64,000 nt of DNA from Escherichia coli. Its GTDB lineage: Bacteria; Pseudomonadota; Gammaproteobacteria; Enterobacterales; Enterobacteriaceae. Position 1 is the first letter of the stretch, and the number at the start of each line of letters is the position of its first letter. This document shows, piece by piece, positions 38,539-50,647 of the stretch. A program made the position numbers and the translations under genes. Under the pieces are notes generated by a model that was not told where the DNA came from, searched no databases, and worked only from the letters and a program-made list of their open reading frames with translations. The stretch is from NCBI RefSeq assembly GCF_016903815.1, contig NZ_CP069973.1; one strand, written 5' to 3'.

Positions 38539-39666
38539 ATGACCATTAACTTCCGCCGTAACGCATTGCAGTTGAGCGTGGCTGCGCTGTTTTCTTCTGC
38601 TTTTATGGCTAACGCCGCTGATGTGCCGCAGGTCAAAGTGACCGTGACGGATAAGCAGTGCGAACCGATGACCATTACGGTTAACGCCGGGAAAACACAG
38701 TTCATTATTCAGAACCACAGCCAGAAGGCGCTGGAGTGGGAGATCCTCAAAGGCGTGATGGTGGTGGAAGAGCGGGAAAATATCGCCCCTGGTTTTAGCC
38801 AGAAAATGACGGCGAATTTACAGCCTGGCGAATACGATATGACCTGCGGTCTGCTGACTAACCCGAAAGGGAAGTTGATCGTCAAAGGTGAGGCAACGGC
38901 GGATGCGGCGCAAAGTGATGCGCTGTTAAGTCTTGGTGGTGCAATTACTGCATATAAAGCGTATGTCATGGCGGAAACCACGCAGCTGGTGACCGACACC
39001 AAAGCCTTTACCGACGCTATTAAAGCAGGCGATATCGAAAAAGCAAAAGCACTGTATGCGCCGACGCGCCAGCACTATGAGCGCATTGAACCGATTGCTG
39101 AACTGTTCTCCGATCTGGATGGTAGCATTGACGCCCGTGAAGATGATTACGAGCAAAAAGCCGCCGATCCAAAATTCACCGGTTTCCACCGTCTGGAAAA
39201 AGCATTGTTTGGCGATAACACCACTAAAGGGATGGATAAGTATGCCGACCAGCTTTATACCGATGTGGTCGATTTGCAAAAACGCATCAGTGAACTGGCT
39301 TTCCCACCTTCAAAAGTGGTCGGCGGTGCAGCCGGACTGATTGAGGAAGTGGCAGCCAGCAAAATCAGCGGTGAAGAAGATCGCTACAGCCACACCGATC
39401 TGTGGGATTTCCAGGCTAACGTTGAAGGCTCGCAGAAAATTGTCGATCTGCTGCGTCCACAACTGCAAAAGGCCAACCCGGAACTGCTGGCAAAAGTCGA
39501 TGCCAATTTCAAAAAGGTCGATACCATTCTGGCGAAATACCGTACTAAAGACGGTTTTGAAACCTACGACAAATTGACCGATGCTGACCGTAATGCGCTG
39601 AAAGGGCCGATTACTGCGCTGGCGGAAGATCTGGCGCAACTTCGCGGTGTGCTGGGGCTGGATTAA
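38539..39666 (+). CDS. efeO: Periplasmic iron uptake protein EfeO (cupredoxin-like plus peptidase M75-like)
   Basis: 375 aa with signal peptide. Confidence 0.95.
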   Translation: MTINFRRNALQLSVAALFSSAFMANAADVPQVKVTVTDKQCEPMTITVNAGKTQFIIQNHSQKALEWEILKGVMVVEERENIAPGFSQKMTANLQPGEYDMTCGLLTNPKGKLIVKGEATADAAQSDALLSLGGAITAYKAYVMAETTQLVTDTKAFTDAIKAGDIEKAKALYAPTRQHYERIEPIAELFSDLDGSIDAREDDYEQKAADPKFTGFHRLEKALFGDNTTKGMDKYADQLYTDVVDLQKRISELAFPPSKVVGGAAGLIEEVAASKISGEEDRYSHTDLWDFQANVEGSQKIVDLLRPQLQKANPELLAKVDANFKKVDTILAKYRTKDGFETYDKLTDADRNALKGPITALAEDLAQLRGVLGLD

Positions 39667-39671
39667 ACGTT

Positions 39672-40943
39672 ATGCAGTATGAAGATGAAAACGGCGTGAA
39701 TGAACCGTCACGCCGACGTTTACTGAAAGGGATTGGTGCGCTGGCGCTGGCGGGAAGTTGTCCGGTCGCTCATGCACAAAAAACGCAAAGTGCACCGGGC
39801 ACGCTTTCACCGGATGCACGCAATGAGAAACAGCCGTTTTATGGTGAGCATCAGGCAGGGATCCTGACGCCACAACAGGCCGCAATGATGCTGGTGGCGT
39901 TTGATGTGCTTGCCAGCGATAAAGCCGATCTTGAAAGGTTGTTTCGCTTGTTGACTCAGCGTTTTGCTTTTCTGACTCAGGGCGGAGCGGCACCAGAAAC
40001 GCCAAATCCGCGCCTGCCTCCACTCGATTCCGGCATTCTTGGCGGCTACATTGCGTCCGATAATCTCACCATAACGTTATCGGTGGGCCACTCATTGTTT
40101 GATGAGCGGTTTGGCCTTACACCGCAGATGCCGAAAAAGTTGCAGAAAATGACGCGTTTCCCCAACGACTCGCTGGATGCGGCGTTATGTCATGGTGATG
40201 TGTTGCTACAAATTTGCGCCAACACCCAGGACACGGTGATCCATGCGCTGCGCGATATCATCAAACACACGCCGGATTTGCTCAGCGTGCGCTGGAAGCG
40301 GGAAGGGTTTATTTCCGATCATGCAGCGCGTAGTAAAGGCAAAGAGACGCCGATTAATTTGCTGGGTTTCAAAGACGGCACTGCCAATCCCGATAGCCAG
40401 AATGATAAGTTGATGCAACAAGTGGTGTGGGTGACGGCAGATCAGCAGGAGCCTGCGTGGACAATCGGCGGCAGCTACCAGGCGGTGCGGTTGATTCAGT
40501 TTCGGGTGGAGTTTTGGGACAGAACGCCACTGAAAGAACAGCAGACGATTTTTGGTCGCGACAAACAAACCGGTGCGCCGCTGGGAATGCAGCATGAGCA
40601 TGATGTTCCCGATTACGCCAGCGATCCGGAGGGGAAGGTGATTGCGCTGGACAGCCATATCCGGCTGGCGAATCCCCGCACGCCAGAGAGTGAGTCCAGC
40701 CTGATGCTGCGTCGTGGCTACAGTTATTCGTTGGGCGTCACCAACTCCGGACAACTGGATATGGGGCTACTGTTTGTCTGCTATCAACACGATCTGGAAA
40801 AAGGCTTCCTGACAGTACAAAAAAGGCTCAATGGCGAAGCGCTGGAGGAATACGTTAAACCTATCGGCGGCGGTTATTTTTTTTCGCTGCCGGGAGTGAA
40901 GGACGCGAACGATTATCTCGGAAGCGCGTTATTGCGGGTTTAA
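39672..40943 (+). CDS. efeB: Tat-exported DyP-type peroxidase / deferrochelatase EfeB
   Basis: 423 aa with twin-arginine motif [11 protein letters not shown]. Confidence 0.95.
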   Translation: MQYEDENGVNEPSRRRLLKGIGALALAGSCPVAHAQKTQSAPGTLSPDARNEKQPFYGEHQAGILTPQQAAMMLVAFDVLASDKADLERLFRLLTQRFAFLTQGGAAPETPNPRLPPLDSGILGGYIASDNLTITLSVGHSLFDERFGLTPQMPKKLQKMTRFPNDSLDAALCHGDVLLQICANTQDTVIHALRDIIKHTPDLLSVRWKREGFISDHAARSKGKETPINLLGFKDGTANPDSQNDKLMQQVVWVTADQQEPAWTIGGSYQAVRLIQFRVEFWDRTPLKEQQTIFGRDKQTGAPLGMQHEHDVPDYASDPEGKVIALDSHIRLANPRTPESESSLMLRRGYSYSLGVTNSGQLDMGLLFVCYQHDLEKGFLTVQKRLNGEALEEYVKPIGGGYFFSLPGVKDANDYLGSALLRV

Positions 40944-40950
40944 TGTGTTT

Positions 40951-41095
40951 AGGCGGATAAGGCGTTCGTGCGCAGATGCCTGATGCGACGCTTGCGCGTC
41001 TTATCATGCCTACAATCGGTGCGGGTTTGGTAGGCTGGATCAGGCGTTCACGCCGCATCCGGCGTTCGTGCGCTGATGCCTGATGCGAATCCTGC
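40951..41095. repeat. REP/BIME cluster between efeB and phoH
   Basis: Several copies of GCCTGATGCGACGC / GCCGGATGCGGCGTGAACGCC-type palindromic units in alternating orientation. Confidence 0.75.
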
Positions 41096-41120
41096 TGAAA
41101 GCACACAGCTTTTTTCATCA

Positions 41121-41139
41121 CTGTCATCACTCTGTCATC
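41121..41139 (+). promoter_or_regulatory. Pho box (PhoB binding site) of phoH promoter
   Basis: CTGTCATCACTCTGTCATC: two CTGTCAT direct repeats with 4-bp spacer. Confidence 0.8.
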
Positions 41140-41562
41140 TTTCCAGTAGAAACTAATGTCACTGAAATGGTGTTTTGTAGTTAAATATAAGTGAATATAT
41201 TGTTGCAATGAATGCGAGATCTGTTGTACTTATTAAGTAGCAGCGGAAGTTCCCGGCAGTGATAGTCAGTCACTATGGAGATCGCGGATGGTAACGTCCT
41301 GTTCTGGACAATGTTTTGTTAAGCAAGGCTCCACCACTCGCGGAGATTTCTCCTCCGGTAGCAACTTCGTCACTCTGTATTTTTCTCACTTCCTCTCTTT
41401 ACTCGTGTTACCGACGCCGCAAACGGTGTGCGTAGCCGTTTTTCGGCATTTTATCCAAAAGCAAACTATGGCTTACAAGGAAGCCAACCCTCTGATGTTC
41501 GTGCGCATAATCGCGCTGCCAACGGCGCGTGTGATGAATACAAACAACTCAAGGTGCTCTCC

Positions 41563-42351
41563 ATGGGAAGACAAAAAGCAGTGATCAAAGCTCGTCGCGA
41601 GGCAAAACGTGTGCTGAGACGGGATTCGCGCAGCCATAAGCAGCGTGAAGAAGAATCGGTCACCTCGCTTGTGCAGATGAGCGGCGTAGAAGCCATTGGT
41701 ATGGCCCGCGACAGTCGCGATACCTCGCCCATCCTCGCGCGAAATGAAGCGCAATTGCACTATCTGAAGGCTATTGAGAGTAAGCAGCTGATATTCGCCA
41801 CGGGCGAAGCCGGGTGCGGAAAAACCTGGATCAGCGCAGCAAAAGCGGCAGAGGCCCTGATACATAAGGATGTCGACAGGATTATCGTCACCCGTCCAGT
41901 TCTGCAAGCCGATGAAGATCTTGGCTTCTTACCTGGAGATATCGCAGAAAAGTTTGCTCCCTATTTTCGTCCGGTCTACGACGTGCTGGTCCGGCGCTTA
42001 GGGGCTTCCTTTATGCAGTACTGCCTGCGACCGGAAATAGGGAAGGTGGAAATTGCGCCGTTCGCCTATATGCGTGGACGTACCTTTGAAAATGCAGTCG
42101 TCATTCTTGACGAGGCGCAGAATGTGACTGCCGCGCAAATGAAAATGTTTTTAACCCGCCTCGGGGAGAACGTGACGGTTATCGTCAACGGTGATATCAC
42201 GCAATGCGATTTGCCTCGCGGCGTGCGCTCCGGATTAAGTGACGCGCTGGAACGTTTCGAAGAAGATGAAATGGTCGGGATCGTCCGATTCGGTAAAGAG
42301 GATTGCGTACGTTCGGCACTTTGCCAACGTACGCTACATGCATACAGTTAA
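41563..42351 (+). CDS. phoH: PhoH ATPase core (P-loop NTPase); 5' extension appears out of frame in this sequence
   Basis: 262-aa ORF from ATG 41563 with Walker A GEAGCGKT; frame also open upstream to GTG 41428; separate upstream ORF 41288-41584 in another frame. Confidence 0.85.
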   Translation: MGRQKAVIKARREAKRVLRRDSRSHKQREEESVTSLVQMSGVEAIGMARDSRDTSPILARNEAQLHYLKAIESKQLIFATGEAGCGKTWISAAKAAEALIHKDVDRIIVTRPVLQADEDLGFLPGDIAEKFAPYFRPVYDVLVRRLGASFMQYCLRPEIGKVEIAPFAYMRGRTFENAVVILDEAQNVTAAQMKMFLTRLGENVTVIVNGDITQCDLPRGVRSGLSDALERFEEDEMVGIVRFGKEDCVRSALCQRTLHAYS

Positions 42352-42368
42352 GTGTATTATCGGCGCAG

Positions 42369-42395
42369 AGCCCGGGCGAACCGGGCTTTGTTTTG
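42369..42395 (+). terminator. phoH intrinsic terminator
   Basis: agcccgg-gcgaa-ccgggct followed by TTGTTTT. Confidence 0.7.
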
Positions 42396-42400
42396 GGTGT

Positions 42401-42814
42401 TTACGCCCGGACTAGCGCTTTTTCTGAAACCACCATTTTTATTTGCCCCTGCCTGGTGAAGTGTACGCTCATCCTGTGGCTTTTTTGTAGTTGCTGATAG
42501 AGCTCATCAGGTATTGCTAAGCTCTCAGCATATTCTTGCGGCGTATATTGGTAGGCTGCATGATGCTGCTGTTTTTGAAAACGTAGCTTATTGTACAGCG
42601 CCCAGACAATTAACACGACGGCATTCGCCACTGCCAGCAAAAAATAGAACTGAAGTCGGCTTCTGGCCTCGCTTTGCCAGTAATAACCCGTCAGCAGATC
42701 CATGGCGAATAAGAATATGAACAAAGCAAATAATGTCCATAAGATGGTTGTGGCAACATAATCAACCATTAAACGTACTGGCGATTGTCGGGTCGTAATA
42801 ATTAAATTGTTCAT
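42401..42814 (-). CDS. pgaD: PGA synthesis protein PgaD
   Basis: 137-aa two-TM protein; pga operon context. Confidence 0.93.
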   Translation of the reverse strand: MNNLIITTRQSPVRLMVDYVATTILWTLFALFIFLFAMDLLTGYYWQSEARSRLQFYFLLAVANAVVLIVWALYNKLRFQKQQHHAAYQYTPQEYAESLAIPDELYQQLQKSHRMSVHFTRQGQIKMVVSEKALVRA

Positions 42815-42815
42815 A

Positions 42816-44141
42816 TTAACCTCTCAGAATCCCGCGATCGGGACTTACCCAACGGGCGCGTTGCTTTTTAGGCATCAACATGACTCGTGTAAATGATACC
42901 AATGTCGTTGCCAGACTCAGCATCCAGAAAATAACCGGGAACCAAATAATCCAGAAAAGCGATGAAGTCAGATTATGCTCATAGCGATTCTCGATCATCA
43001 GGCTGACAATAAATTGCAGTAAACATAACGTACACAATAATATTCCGGCAGTATGTGTCGCAGCGATATGTGTCAATTCAATATTTAACGGTACACCGGC
43101 AAGTTGGACTGCGTAAATAATGAAACCGACCAGGCAAGTGAAGGCCCATATTGTCGTCAGGCAGTATTCAAAAAACAGCGGCCACATTCGAAAGTTTTCT
43201 TTGCGCCACAACCTTGTCATATTTTTGAGGAATACTTCTGCACCGCCCTGAGCCCAGCGCAGGCGCTGTTTCCACAGCCCTTTTAACGTTTCAGGCATTA
43301 ATATCCAGCACAGCGCCCGTGGCTCGTAAAAAATCGCCCACTGATTCAACTGCAGCTTCCAGCTAATATCAATATCTTCGGTGATCATATCGTCACTCCA
43401 GTAACCCACTTCTGCCAGGGCGCTGCGACGAAATGCGGCAATAACACCGGAAACGGTAAATACGTTTCCATAGATACGCTGGGTTCGCTTGATCAAACCA
43501 ATAATTGAGGAATACTCGCCAACCTGAATTTTACCCACCAGGGTAGAACGTGTTCGAATACGAGGATTACCGGTTACGGCACCCACACGCGGGTTGTACA
43601 ACATCGGTTCCACAATATATGCCGCCGCATCGCGGTCTAATAACGCATCGCCATCAATGCACACCAGATATTCACTTTTCGCCGCGGCAGCTCCGGTTTT
43701 AAGCGCAATGGCTTTCCCCTGGTTTTGCGCCAGATGAATGACCCGCAGGTGGGGAATTTGTGCAGCCATGCGATCCAGGATGGCACGGGTTTTGTCTGTT
43801 GAACCGTCATTTACGGCAATAACTTCAATGTTCTCATAACGCTGTGCTAAAGCGGCGTGTATGGTTTCCTCAACGTTTTTCTCCTCATTAAAACAGGGAA
43901 TGATAATGGAGATAGACGGATTATCTTTCAACTGGGGAGCTGGTGCGTTTTCTCCCCACGGCCAGTGGCGTTCACGATAGACCCAGAAATAGACGCCGCC
44001 AACAATCCACATGATGGACATAAAAAACGGCCAGAAGAAAACGAACCTCATCATCAGTTCACCAGAGTGAAAGTACGCTACGCATAGGGGTATGCATAAC
44101 ACCAGACATAATATAAAAAACGATACGATGCGATTAATCAT
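42816..44141 (-). CDS. pgaC: Poly-beta-1,6-N-acetylglucosamine synthase PgaC (GT2)
   Basis: 441 aa; glycosyltransferase family 2 motifs including QRLRW. Confidence 0.96.
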   Translation of the reverse strand: MINRIVSFFILCLVLCIPLCVAYFHSGELMMRFVFFWPFFMSIMWIVGGVYFWVYRERHWPWGENAPAPQLKDNPSISIIIPCFNEEKNVEETIHAALAQRYENIEVIAVNDGSTDKTRAILDRMAAQIPHLRVIHLAQNQGKAIALKTGAAAAKSEYLVCIDGDALLDRDAAAYIVEPMLYNPRVGAVTGNPRIRTRSTLVGKIQVGEYSSIIGLIKRTQRIYGNVFTVSGVIAAFRRSALAEVGYWSDDMITEDIDISWKLQLNQWAIFYEPRALCWILMPETLKGLWKQRLRWAQGGAEVFLKNMTRLWRKENFRMWPLFFEYCLTTIWAFTCLVGFIIYAVQLAGVPLNIELTHIAATHTAGILLCTLCLLQFIVSLMIENRYEHNLTSSLFWIIWFPVIFWMLSLATTLVSFTRVMLMPKKQRARWVSPDRGILRG

Positions 44142-46152
44142 TTTTCGGATACCAGGCTGTTGAAAACTCAGGACGAATAACGTCTATTTCAGGTTGGTTA
44201 TGCAGAAAATTGTCGGGATAATAACCATAGTTTTTCACTCCATTCAGTTGTAATAGGCTCATCCAGTGAGCGAGTTGTTGCGAAGAAATAGCCTGATGCT
44301 GACCATTTTTCTGCCAGTTTTGTGCCTGTAATTCTAAAATAGATTTGTCTTTAGCCTGAGGGATGTTTTTAATTTGATTGGTCAATTGTATTAACCATTG
44401 GTCAGCCGATTTTTCTGCGACACCTTCCATATAAGGCATAGCCATAATAGCGGTCCAGTCATAGCTTTTTAGGAAATCAGCATAATTCTGTGCAAACCAG
44501 GCTTCACTTTCAGGTTGTATTACCGGAAGTGCAAAAATATTTCGTGCAGTTTTAACATGTGGACCGCGAATGGCTTTTACGCGCGCACTAAGTTCTAAAG
44601 TGAAGTCAGTTAACGCACGACTTTTAAAGCGGGTCCACTGTTTAAATTGCTCCGGGTTTTGTCGAATTTCGCTCAGACTCCCGCTAAAGCCTGCTTGCTG
44701 ATAAGCCGTGATAGCCGGTGCACTGGCATCTTCATAATCTGAAAGCAAAGCATCATCGTGGAACAATATGCCATCAAAAGCAGCATGTCCGGCAAGATCT
44801 TCATATAACATGCCAACTTGTGCTCTGACTCTGTCATCGAAAGGAGAGAGACGGCGATATTGTTCAGGATGAATTTGTGCTTTTTTCTCCCCAGTCGGTA
44901 AGTATTTTACTCGCGTTAATGTGGGATCTAAATCCCAGCTTAATACCGGCATCCACGCATAGATGTTTACACCTGAGCGGGTACGTAATTGCCAGGCAAC
45001 CCGACTAAAAATATCTGCTTTCATTGGTAGCAAACGATTTGGAAACCAGACCTCTTTGACCAGCCCATCACCATCGGGATCAGCAAATGCCTGCAAATAC
45101 ACGGTTGATATTTGCATATCTTTCACCCGCTGAATTAGCACATCAATATTGCGATCCATTTGCTGGCGGTTTTCGTCATAAACGTAATCAAGATCGATAT
45201 GCATTATCCGTTGTGGTGATTTTTCCTGTACGGTAATAATTTGCTGGGCAAACTCTTTTAATGAGGGATTATTGGCGATTAATACTCGCGGAATGGAATC
45301 CAATTGTGACGCATTTGCCAAACCTGATTCAAGGGTGAAGAACATGTCATAACCGAGTTTTTTTAATTCCTCTATCGCTATGCCATTCGCTTCGCCATAA
45401 GGCCAAACAAAAACGTGTGGATTTACCTTAGCCTTTGTACGCAGGTATTCCGTCATTTTTACAGCATCCAGACGAATTCTTTCCCGGTATTCTGCTGCGG
45501 TTTCATACCGTGCGTGGTCAGTAAAATATGCACGATTTACATATACAGGCAATAAGCTGCCGGTGGCATTAGCCTGAATACCGTAGTGAGAATTCCATGT
45601 ATGAGAAGCGACCTCAACGAGCCGGGAACGCGCAACTTCTCGCACTTGTTGCCACGTGGCAAAATATTCTCGATCGACCATCTCATCGCCAAATTTTACT
45701 TGTTCATCCGCTGGCGTATCGACCCAACTGCCGACGGGGGCCCATACAGCAGGCCACTGGAAGGCCTGAAGAATTGGGAAGACGCGGGTATAAAAACTCT
45801 GGTAGCCGTCATCAAAAGTTAGCACTACTGCTTTTTCCGGTAGCGGCTTTCCTCCTTGATGTGCTTCACGAATTTGAGCAATACTGACCGGTTGATAACC
45901 GTTCTCGCGCAGCCAGGCAAATTGTTCACGCAGTGCTGATGTCCGCACTGACATAAAACGCTGGTCGGCAGCTTCGTCTTCAACGTTATGCCATGAAATC
46001 GCCACAAAACCATTATGCGGCCACGGTTGCTCGGCGAGTAAAGATTCGCGATCCTGTGGCGGTATAAATGATGTTCTTGACTGGCTAATGCACGCAGTGA
46101 GCATAATTATACTCACCAGCATCAGGAGATATTTATTTCCATTACGTAACAT
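44134..46152 (-). CDS. pgaB: PGA N-deacetylase lipoprotein PgaB
   Basis: 672 aa with lipoprotein signal (LTAC). Confidence 0.96.
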   Translation of the reverse strand: MLRNGNKYLLMLVSIIMLTACISQSRTSFIPPQDRESLLAEQPWPHNGFVAISWHNVEDEAADQRFMSVRTSALREQFAWLRENGYQPVSIAQIREAHQGGKPLPEKAVVLTFDDGYQSFYTRVFPILQAFQWPAVWAPVGSWVDTPADEQVKFGDEMVDREYFATWQQVREVARSRLVEVASHTWNSHYGIQANATGSLLPVYVNRAYFTDHARYETAAEYRERIRLDAVKMTEYLRTKAKVNPHVFVWPYGEANGIAIEELKKLGYDMFFTLESGLANASQLDSIPRVLIANNPSLKEFAQQIITVQEKSPQRIMHIDLDYVYDENRQQMDRNIDVLIQRVKDMQISTVYLQAFADPDGDGLVKEVWFPNRLLPMKADIFSRVAWQLRTRSGVNIYAWMPVLSWDLDPTLTRVKYLPTGEKKAQIHPEQYRRLSPFDDRVRAQVGMLYEDLAGHAAFDGILFHDDALLSDYEDASAPAITAYQQAGFSGSLSEIRQNPEQFKQWTRFKSRALTDFTLELSARVKAIRGPHVKTARNIFALPVIQPESEAWFAQNYADFLKSYDWTAIMAMPYMEGVAEKSADQWLIQLTNQIKNIPQAKDKSILELQAQNWQKNGQHQAISSQQLAHWMSLLQLNGVKNYGYYPDNFLHNQPEIDVIRPEFSTAWYPKND

Positions 46153-46160
46153 ATTTATCC

Positions 46161-48584
46161 TTAAAATCTGAATGTCATATCGAATTCAACGTATAAGTTG
46201 TGTTCTCTGTCACCGTCATAAGGTCGTTTTTCCCAGCGTAGCGTTGCGCCAGCATCAATCACGTCATTCCAGCTAATGCGTTGCCCGTAGCCGAGTTGGG
46301 TGACGACATCCGTGCCATAATGTTTTTGCCAGGAGGCACCAACACCTGCGCTGAAGATTTGCTCCCAGCTATTTTCATAGCTACGCCATAACAAATGACT
46401 TGCCTCAAATGCCGGAACAATATCGAACGTTTTTATAGGGTTGTAGTATGGAGTGTCGTGTTCTGTATTTTGTTCGTAATACAGATTGGGTAGGAAATCG
46501 ACAATCAAATATGGTGAAGACCAGATGCGTTCCTGACCCTCAAGTGAGACTTCATGACGCTGATTACTGTCAGAAAAATCAGTGAAAGCCCAGGAGACAC
46601 CGTACTTACGCCGCTCATTTTGATACCAGCGAACATAAGCCTGTGCACTGTTGCCTGTAACACCATTTTTCATTGCCCGTAATGGAACGCGGTGAGAGAG
46701 GCGTTCCAGTTGCGAACCAATACGCCAGTTATCATTAAAATCATACCAGCCAGACAGGCGCGCGCCGGGTTTATGCTCATGATTGAAAAAGCGTTCGGTG
46801 TACTCCGCCTCAAGCCAGATATTACGTGACCGCCACTCAACACCCGCAAGCCAGTCGCGAATAATCCCTTTTCCTTCGCTAAATTGTCCATCGGCATAAC
46901 CGAATCCAGCAAAACCGCGCCAGTTATCATTCAGCGGTGGTGAATAAACGATGGTGGTTAAGTCGACATCATGTTTGCCACTATCCGGACCTTCGGCATC
47001 AATTCCTGTTGAGCCAGCGATACGAAGCTCTGCAAGATTATGTACATCAACCGCACGTTTTAAACGTACAACGCCGGGATCTTGCGGTTCACGTTCGACA
47101 ACATCGTGCGTTAAGACCGCTGCCTGCTGCCATTCTTGTAACGTTAATGCTGTCCAGGCTTGTTCAACCTCCAGATTAATATTACGTGGCTCGATCACTT
47201 CTGCTTTTTTTAATTCATTTTCTGCCGCACGAGGCCAACCGCGGGCTTGTAACACACTCGCGTAATCAATGCGCAGTCCCTGATTTCCTGGTGCGTTATA
47301 AGCAAGCTCTCTGGCTGTCATTTCAGCCTGAGGAAGATCATTACTATATTTTGCTACGGTTGAGAGAAACGAATGCCCCTGTAACCAGGTATCATTCGGG
47401 ATGCTCGTAGGCGTGCCCATTAACCGAAGGAAAGGCGGCGAAGTATTAATGGTATGTTGGGTGACAGTTAGCGCGCCGGGATAATTTTCACTCTCCAGGT
47501 GGCTGTAAAAGAGATCCGCAAGTTCTTCATCGGATAAATCCGGGGCAATGGTCTCCTTGTGATAAAAGAGCTCTGTCATTATTGACTGTGCTTTTTTTGG
47601 CTGATGTTCTTTGAGATAAGCCGACGCAACCCAATATTGCGCCCAGGGCGGAATAATTTGCCCCGTCTTTTTTAAACGCTGATAGTGAGAAATAACGTCT
47701 TTATAACGATCGCGAGTTAATAACGCGCCAAGATGATCAACCTGAATACGCTGGTACTGGGCAGTGCGGTCAGGGTTATCATGCCACAGAATTTCTAATG
47801 CAGCGTATTGGGCGAGGGCCCGATCGGCAATGGCATAACGTTCACTTTCACTGCGCGTAGGCATAAATGACAGTCTGACCAGTTCGGCATGAATATCAGC
47901 GCGAATATCTGGCGTTAAATTGGCATCGTCAATCGCGGCAGCAAGTTGATTATTCCGTAATGCCTGCACGTATTCTGTGGGATATTGTTGCGTTAAGTCA
48001 TTTTCAGGTAATGACCCTGTCATCGCCCGTAATTCATCCTCATGCCGCCCCGCCAGTTTATAGATATAGGCTTCTGCGAGTAAATTAGCTTTGTCCGGTG
48101 CTCCAGAGTTAAGCTGCTTAAGTTTAACCAGCGCAGAATCATAGTGACCCGCATCTGCCAGGGTTAAAATTTGTCCCCGTTGATAATCCTTATTTTGCGA
48201 CTCCAGAGAGAGTGCCTTTTGCCACAGTGTAAGCGAGTTTTGCCATTGTTGCAGGTTACGATAAGCGACGGCGACAGCTGCATAACCACGCGCTGGTAAT
48301 TGCTGATGACGGTAGCGGTTGTAAACGGTAATAACCTGTTTATCTTGCCCGGCCCATAAGGCAATCTGTAACCAGTCAGCAATTTGGTTATTACTGAGTG
48401 CTGATTTTTGTGCAAACCATAACAAAGCTGGCTGAGTATTTCCCTTGCGAGCTTCGATAATCAATGCATCATAGGCATTATTAGCAGCACTCTTCGCCGC
48501 GGGACTCGCTGCTAAAAATGCGGCAGTAAGAATTTTCAAAGCCCATTTGGTTTTCGGGCACCTTTTTCTGCTACTTGAATACAT
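46161..48584 (-). CDS. pgaA: PGA outer-membrane export porin PgaA (TPR plus beta-barrel)
   Basis: 807 aa. Confidence 0.96.
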   Translation of the reverse strand: MYSSSRKRCPKTKWALKILTAAFLAASPAAKSAANNAYDALIIEARKGNTQPALLWFAQKSALSNNQIADWLQIALWAGQDKQVITVYNRYRHQQLPARGYAAVAVAYRNLQQWQNSLTLWQKALSLESQNKDYQRGQILTLADAGHYDSALVKLKQLNSGAPDKANLLAEAYIYKLAGRHEDELRAMTGSLPENDLTQQYPTEYVQALRNNQLAAAIDDANLTPDIRADIHAELVRLSFMPTRSESERYAIADRALAQYAALEILWHDNPDRTAQYQRIQVDHLGALLTRDRYKDVISHYQRLKKTGQIIPPWAQYWVASAYLKEHQPKKAQSIMTELFYHKETIAPDLSDEELADLFYSHLESENYPGALTVTQHTINTSPPFLRLMGTPTSIPNDTWLQGHSFLSTVAKYSNDLPQAEMTARELAYNAPGNQGLRIDYASVLQARGWPRAAENELKKAEVIEPRNINLEVEQAWTALTLQEWQQAAVLTHDVVEREPQDPGVVRLKRAVDVHNLAELRIAGSTGIDAEGPDSGKHDVDLTTIVYSPPLNDNWRGFAGFGYADGQFSEGKGIIRDWLAGVEWRSRNIWLEAEYTERFFNHEHKPGARLSGWYDFNDNWRIGSQLERLSHRVPLRAMKNGVTGNSAQAYVRWYQNERRKYGVSWAFTDFSDSNQRHEVSLEGQERIWSSPYLIVDFLPNLYYEQNTEHDTPYYNPIKTFDIVPAFEASHLLWRSYENSWEQIFSAGVGASWQKHYGTDVVTQLGYGQRISWNDVIDAGATLRWEKRPYDGDREHNLYVEFDMTFRF

Positions 48585-48820
48585 CCTGTATTACTCCATG
48601 TATTGCTAAAATCTCTCTCTGTATCTAATTACAGGTAACTGAAACGAAAGATATTTTTTTTTGCACATCATAATCCGTTATTAAACGCGGAAGAGAGACG
48701 TGAATTGTTGATGATGAGAAGAAGAAATGATGAGTAGAGTATCCATATAAAATCCTTTTCTCGCCCGAAAATCCATTCCAATGATGAGGAACTTCAGGAA
48801 TACGGCATAAATCCCAATGC
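48585..48820 (-). promoter_or_regulatory. pgaABCD long 5' leader (CsrA-regulated in K-12)
   Basis: Long untranslated AT-rich leader upstream of pgaA; position conserved; individual CsrA sites not mapped here. Confidence 0.5.
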
Positions 48821-49175
48821 CTTTTTCAAAATAAATTAGGATTAAAATAATTAAATCAGTAAATTCCGATGCATGATATCGGATTTTTCGAAAGTCCTGA
48901 TGAAATGCAGCGTTACTGTACTCACGGATTCAATTGTTATTCCTAATATATCTATGAATTAATGTTTTATAAGGATTTCCTTATAACCATTTATATGTAT
49001 TTGCAAGCCTGTCTTGTCGCGAAGAATGTATAAAGCACTAAGGTAATAATAATTGCAGTCTGCAACTATCATCATCGGTATTGTTTGTGGGCGGAATTTC
49101 ATATTGACAACAGTACAGTTCTTATATCTATTAATAATAGAAAGGGATCTACAACCTACAGATTGGTGTAGCTTT

Positions 49176-50543
49176 ATGGAAAAAGACTATTTGAGAATTA
49201 GTAGTACTGTATTAGTGAGCTTATTGTTTGGGCTTGCTTTGGTTTTGGTGAATAGTTGGTTTAATCAGCCAGGCGTTGAGGAAGTTGTTCCACGATCAAC
49301 CTATCTGATGGTAATGATTGCTTTATTTTTTATCGATACTGTTGCATTTATTTTTATGCAGTTGTATTTCATTTATGACCGTAGGCAATTTTCAAACTGT
49401 ATACTTAGTTTGGCTTTTCTGAGTTGTTTGATTTACTTTGTTAAAACCGTCATTATCATTCAGCAAATTATTGAGGGGCGTTTGACAAGCAGTGTTGTTC
49501 AAAATGACATTGCAATCTATTATTTGTTTCGTCAGATGAGTTTGTGCATATTAATATTTCTGGCATTGGTGAATAAAGTTAGTGAAAACACAAAACAGCG
49601 CAATTTATTTTCCAAAAAAATGACTTTGTGCATAAGTTTGTTTTTTGTTGTTGGGGGGCCGATAGTTGCTCACATACTTTCTAGTCATTATGAGAGCTAC
49701 AATTTACACATTGCCGAGTTAACCAATGAAAATGATCAGGTGGTTTGGAAAACATCATATGTTACCATAATGATTTTCATGTGGTTAACCTTGCTTTCAG
49801 TTAATCTATACTTTAATGGTTTACGCTGTGATATCTGGAATGGAGTGACGGTGATTGCTTTTTGTGCCGTACTGTACAATGTCTCTCTTTTATTTATGAG
49901 CAGGTATAGCGTGTCCATTTGGTATATTAGTCGCACTATTGAAGTAGTCAGTAAGTTAACCGTTATGGTAATATTTATGTGCCATATATTCAGTGCGCTA
50001 CGAGTAACAAAGGACATTGCACATCGCGATTCCTTAACCAATATATTTAACAGAAATTATTTTTTTAATGAACTGACAGTTCAATCAGCATCGGCCAAAA
50101 AAACGCCTTATTGCGTCATGATTATGGATATCGACCACTTCAAAAAAGTCAACGACACCTGGGGGCATCCGGTTGGCGATCAGGTGATAAAAACAGTGGT
50201 GAGTATCATTGGGAAAAGCATACGGCCAGATGACCTTTTTGCGCGCGTCGGCGGCGAAGAGTTTGGCGTCTTGCTGACGGACATCGATACTGAACGTGCG
50301 AAAGCTTTAGCGGAAAGGATTCGGGAAAATGTTGAGCGTTTAACTGGTGATAATCCTGAATACGCCATACCACAAAAAGTGACGATTAGTATTGGCGCTG
50401 TTGTGACTCAGGAAAATGCGTTAAACCCGAATGAGATCTATCGACTGGCTGATAACGCACTATACGAGGCGAAAGAGACCGGGCGTAATAAGGTGGTAGT
50501 AAAAGAGGCAGAAATTCTTATCAACCGCAAGGATGATGAATGA
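49176..50543 (+). CDS. dgcT: Membrane diguanylate cyclase DgcT (YcdT)
   Basis: Multi-TM N-terminal domain plus GGDEF domain with RVGGEEFGVLL active-site motif. Confidence 0.92.
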   Translation: MEKDYLRISSTVLVSLLFGLALVLVNSWFNQPGVEEVVPRSTYLMVMIALFFIDTVAFIFMQLYFIYDRRQFSNCILSLAFLSCLIYFVKTVIIIQQIIEGRLTSSVVQNDIAIYYLFRQMSLCILIFLALVNKVSENTKQRNLFSKKMTLCISLFFVVGGPIVAHILSSHYESYNLHIAELTNENDQVVWKTSYVTIMIFMWLTLLSVNLYFNGLRCDIWNGVTVIAFCAVLYNVSLLFMSRYSVSIWYISRTIEVVSKLTVMVIFMCHIFSALRVTKDIAHRDSLTNIFNRNYFFNELTVQSASAKKTPYCVMIMDIDHFKKVNDTWGHPVGDQVIKTVVSIIGKSIRPDDLFARVGGEEFGVLLTDIDTERAKALAERIRENVERLTGDNPEYAIPQKVTISIGAVVTQENALNPNEIYRLADNALYEAKETGRNKVVVKEAEILINRKDDE

Positions 50544-50605
50544 GTCTGTCGCTAGTTGTCGACCTCCGCCTGGGGCTTCTCATCCCCCCGGTCTATGCAA
50601 TATAC

Positions 50606-50635
50606 GAAAAAAAAGCTCGTACTTTCGTACGAGCT
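50606..50635 (-). terminator. serX intrinsic terminator
   Basis: On minus strand: hairpin agctcgtac-gaaa-gtacgagct followed by U8. Confidence 0.8.
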
Positions 50636-50647
50636 CTTCTTTAAATA

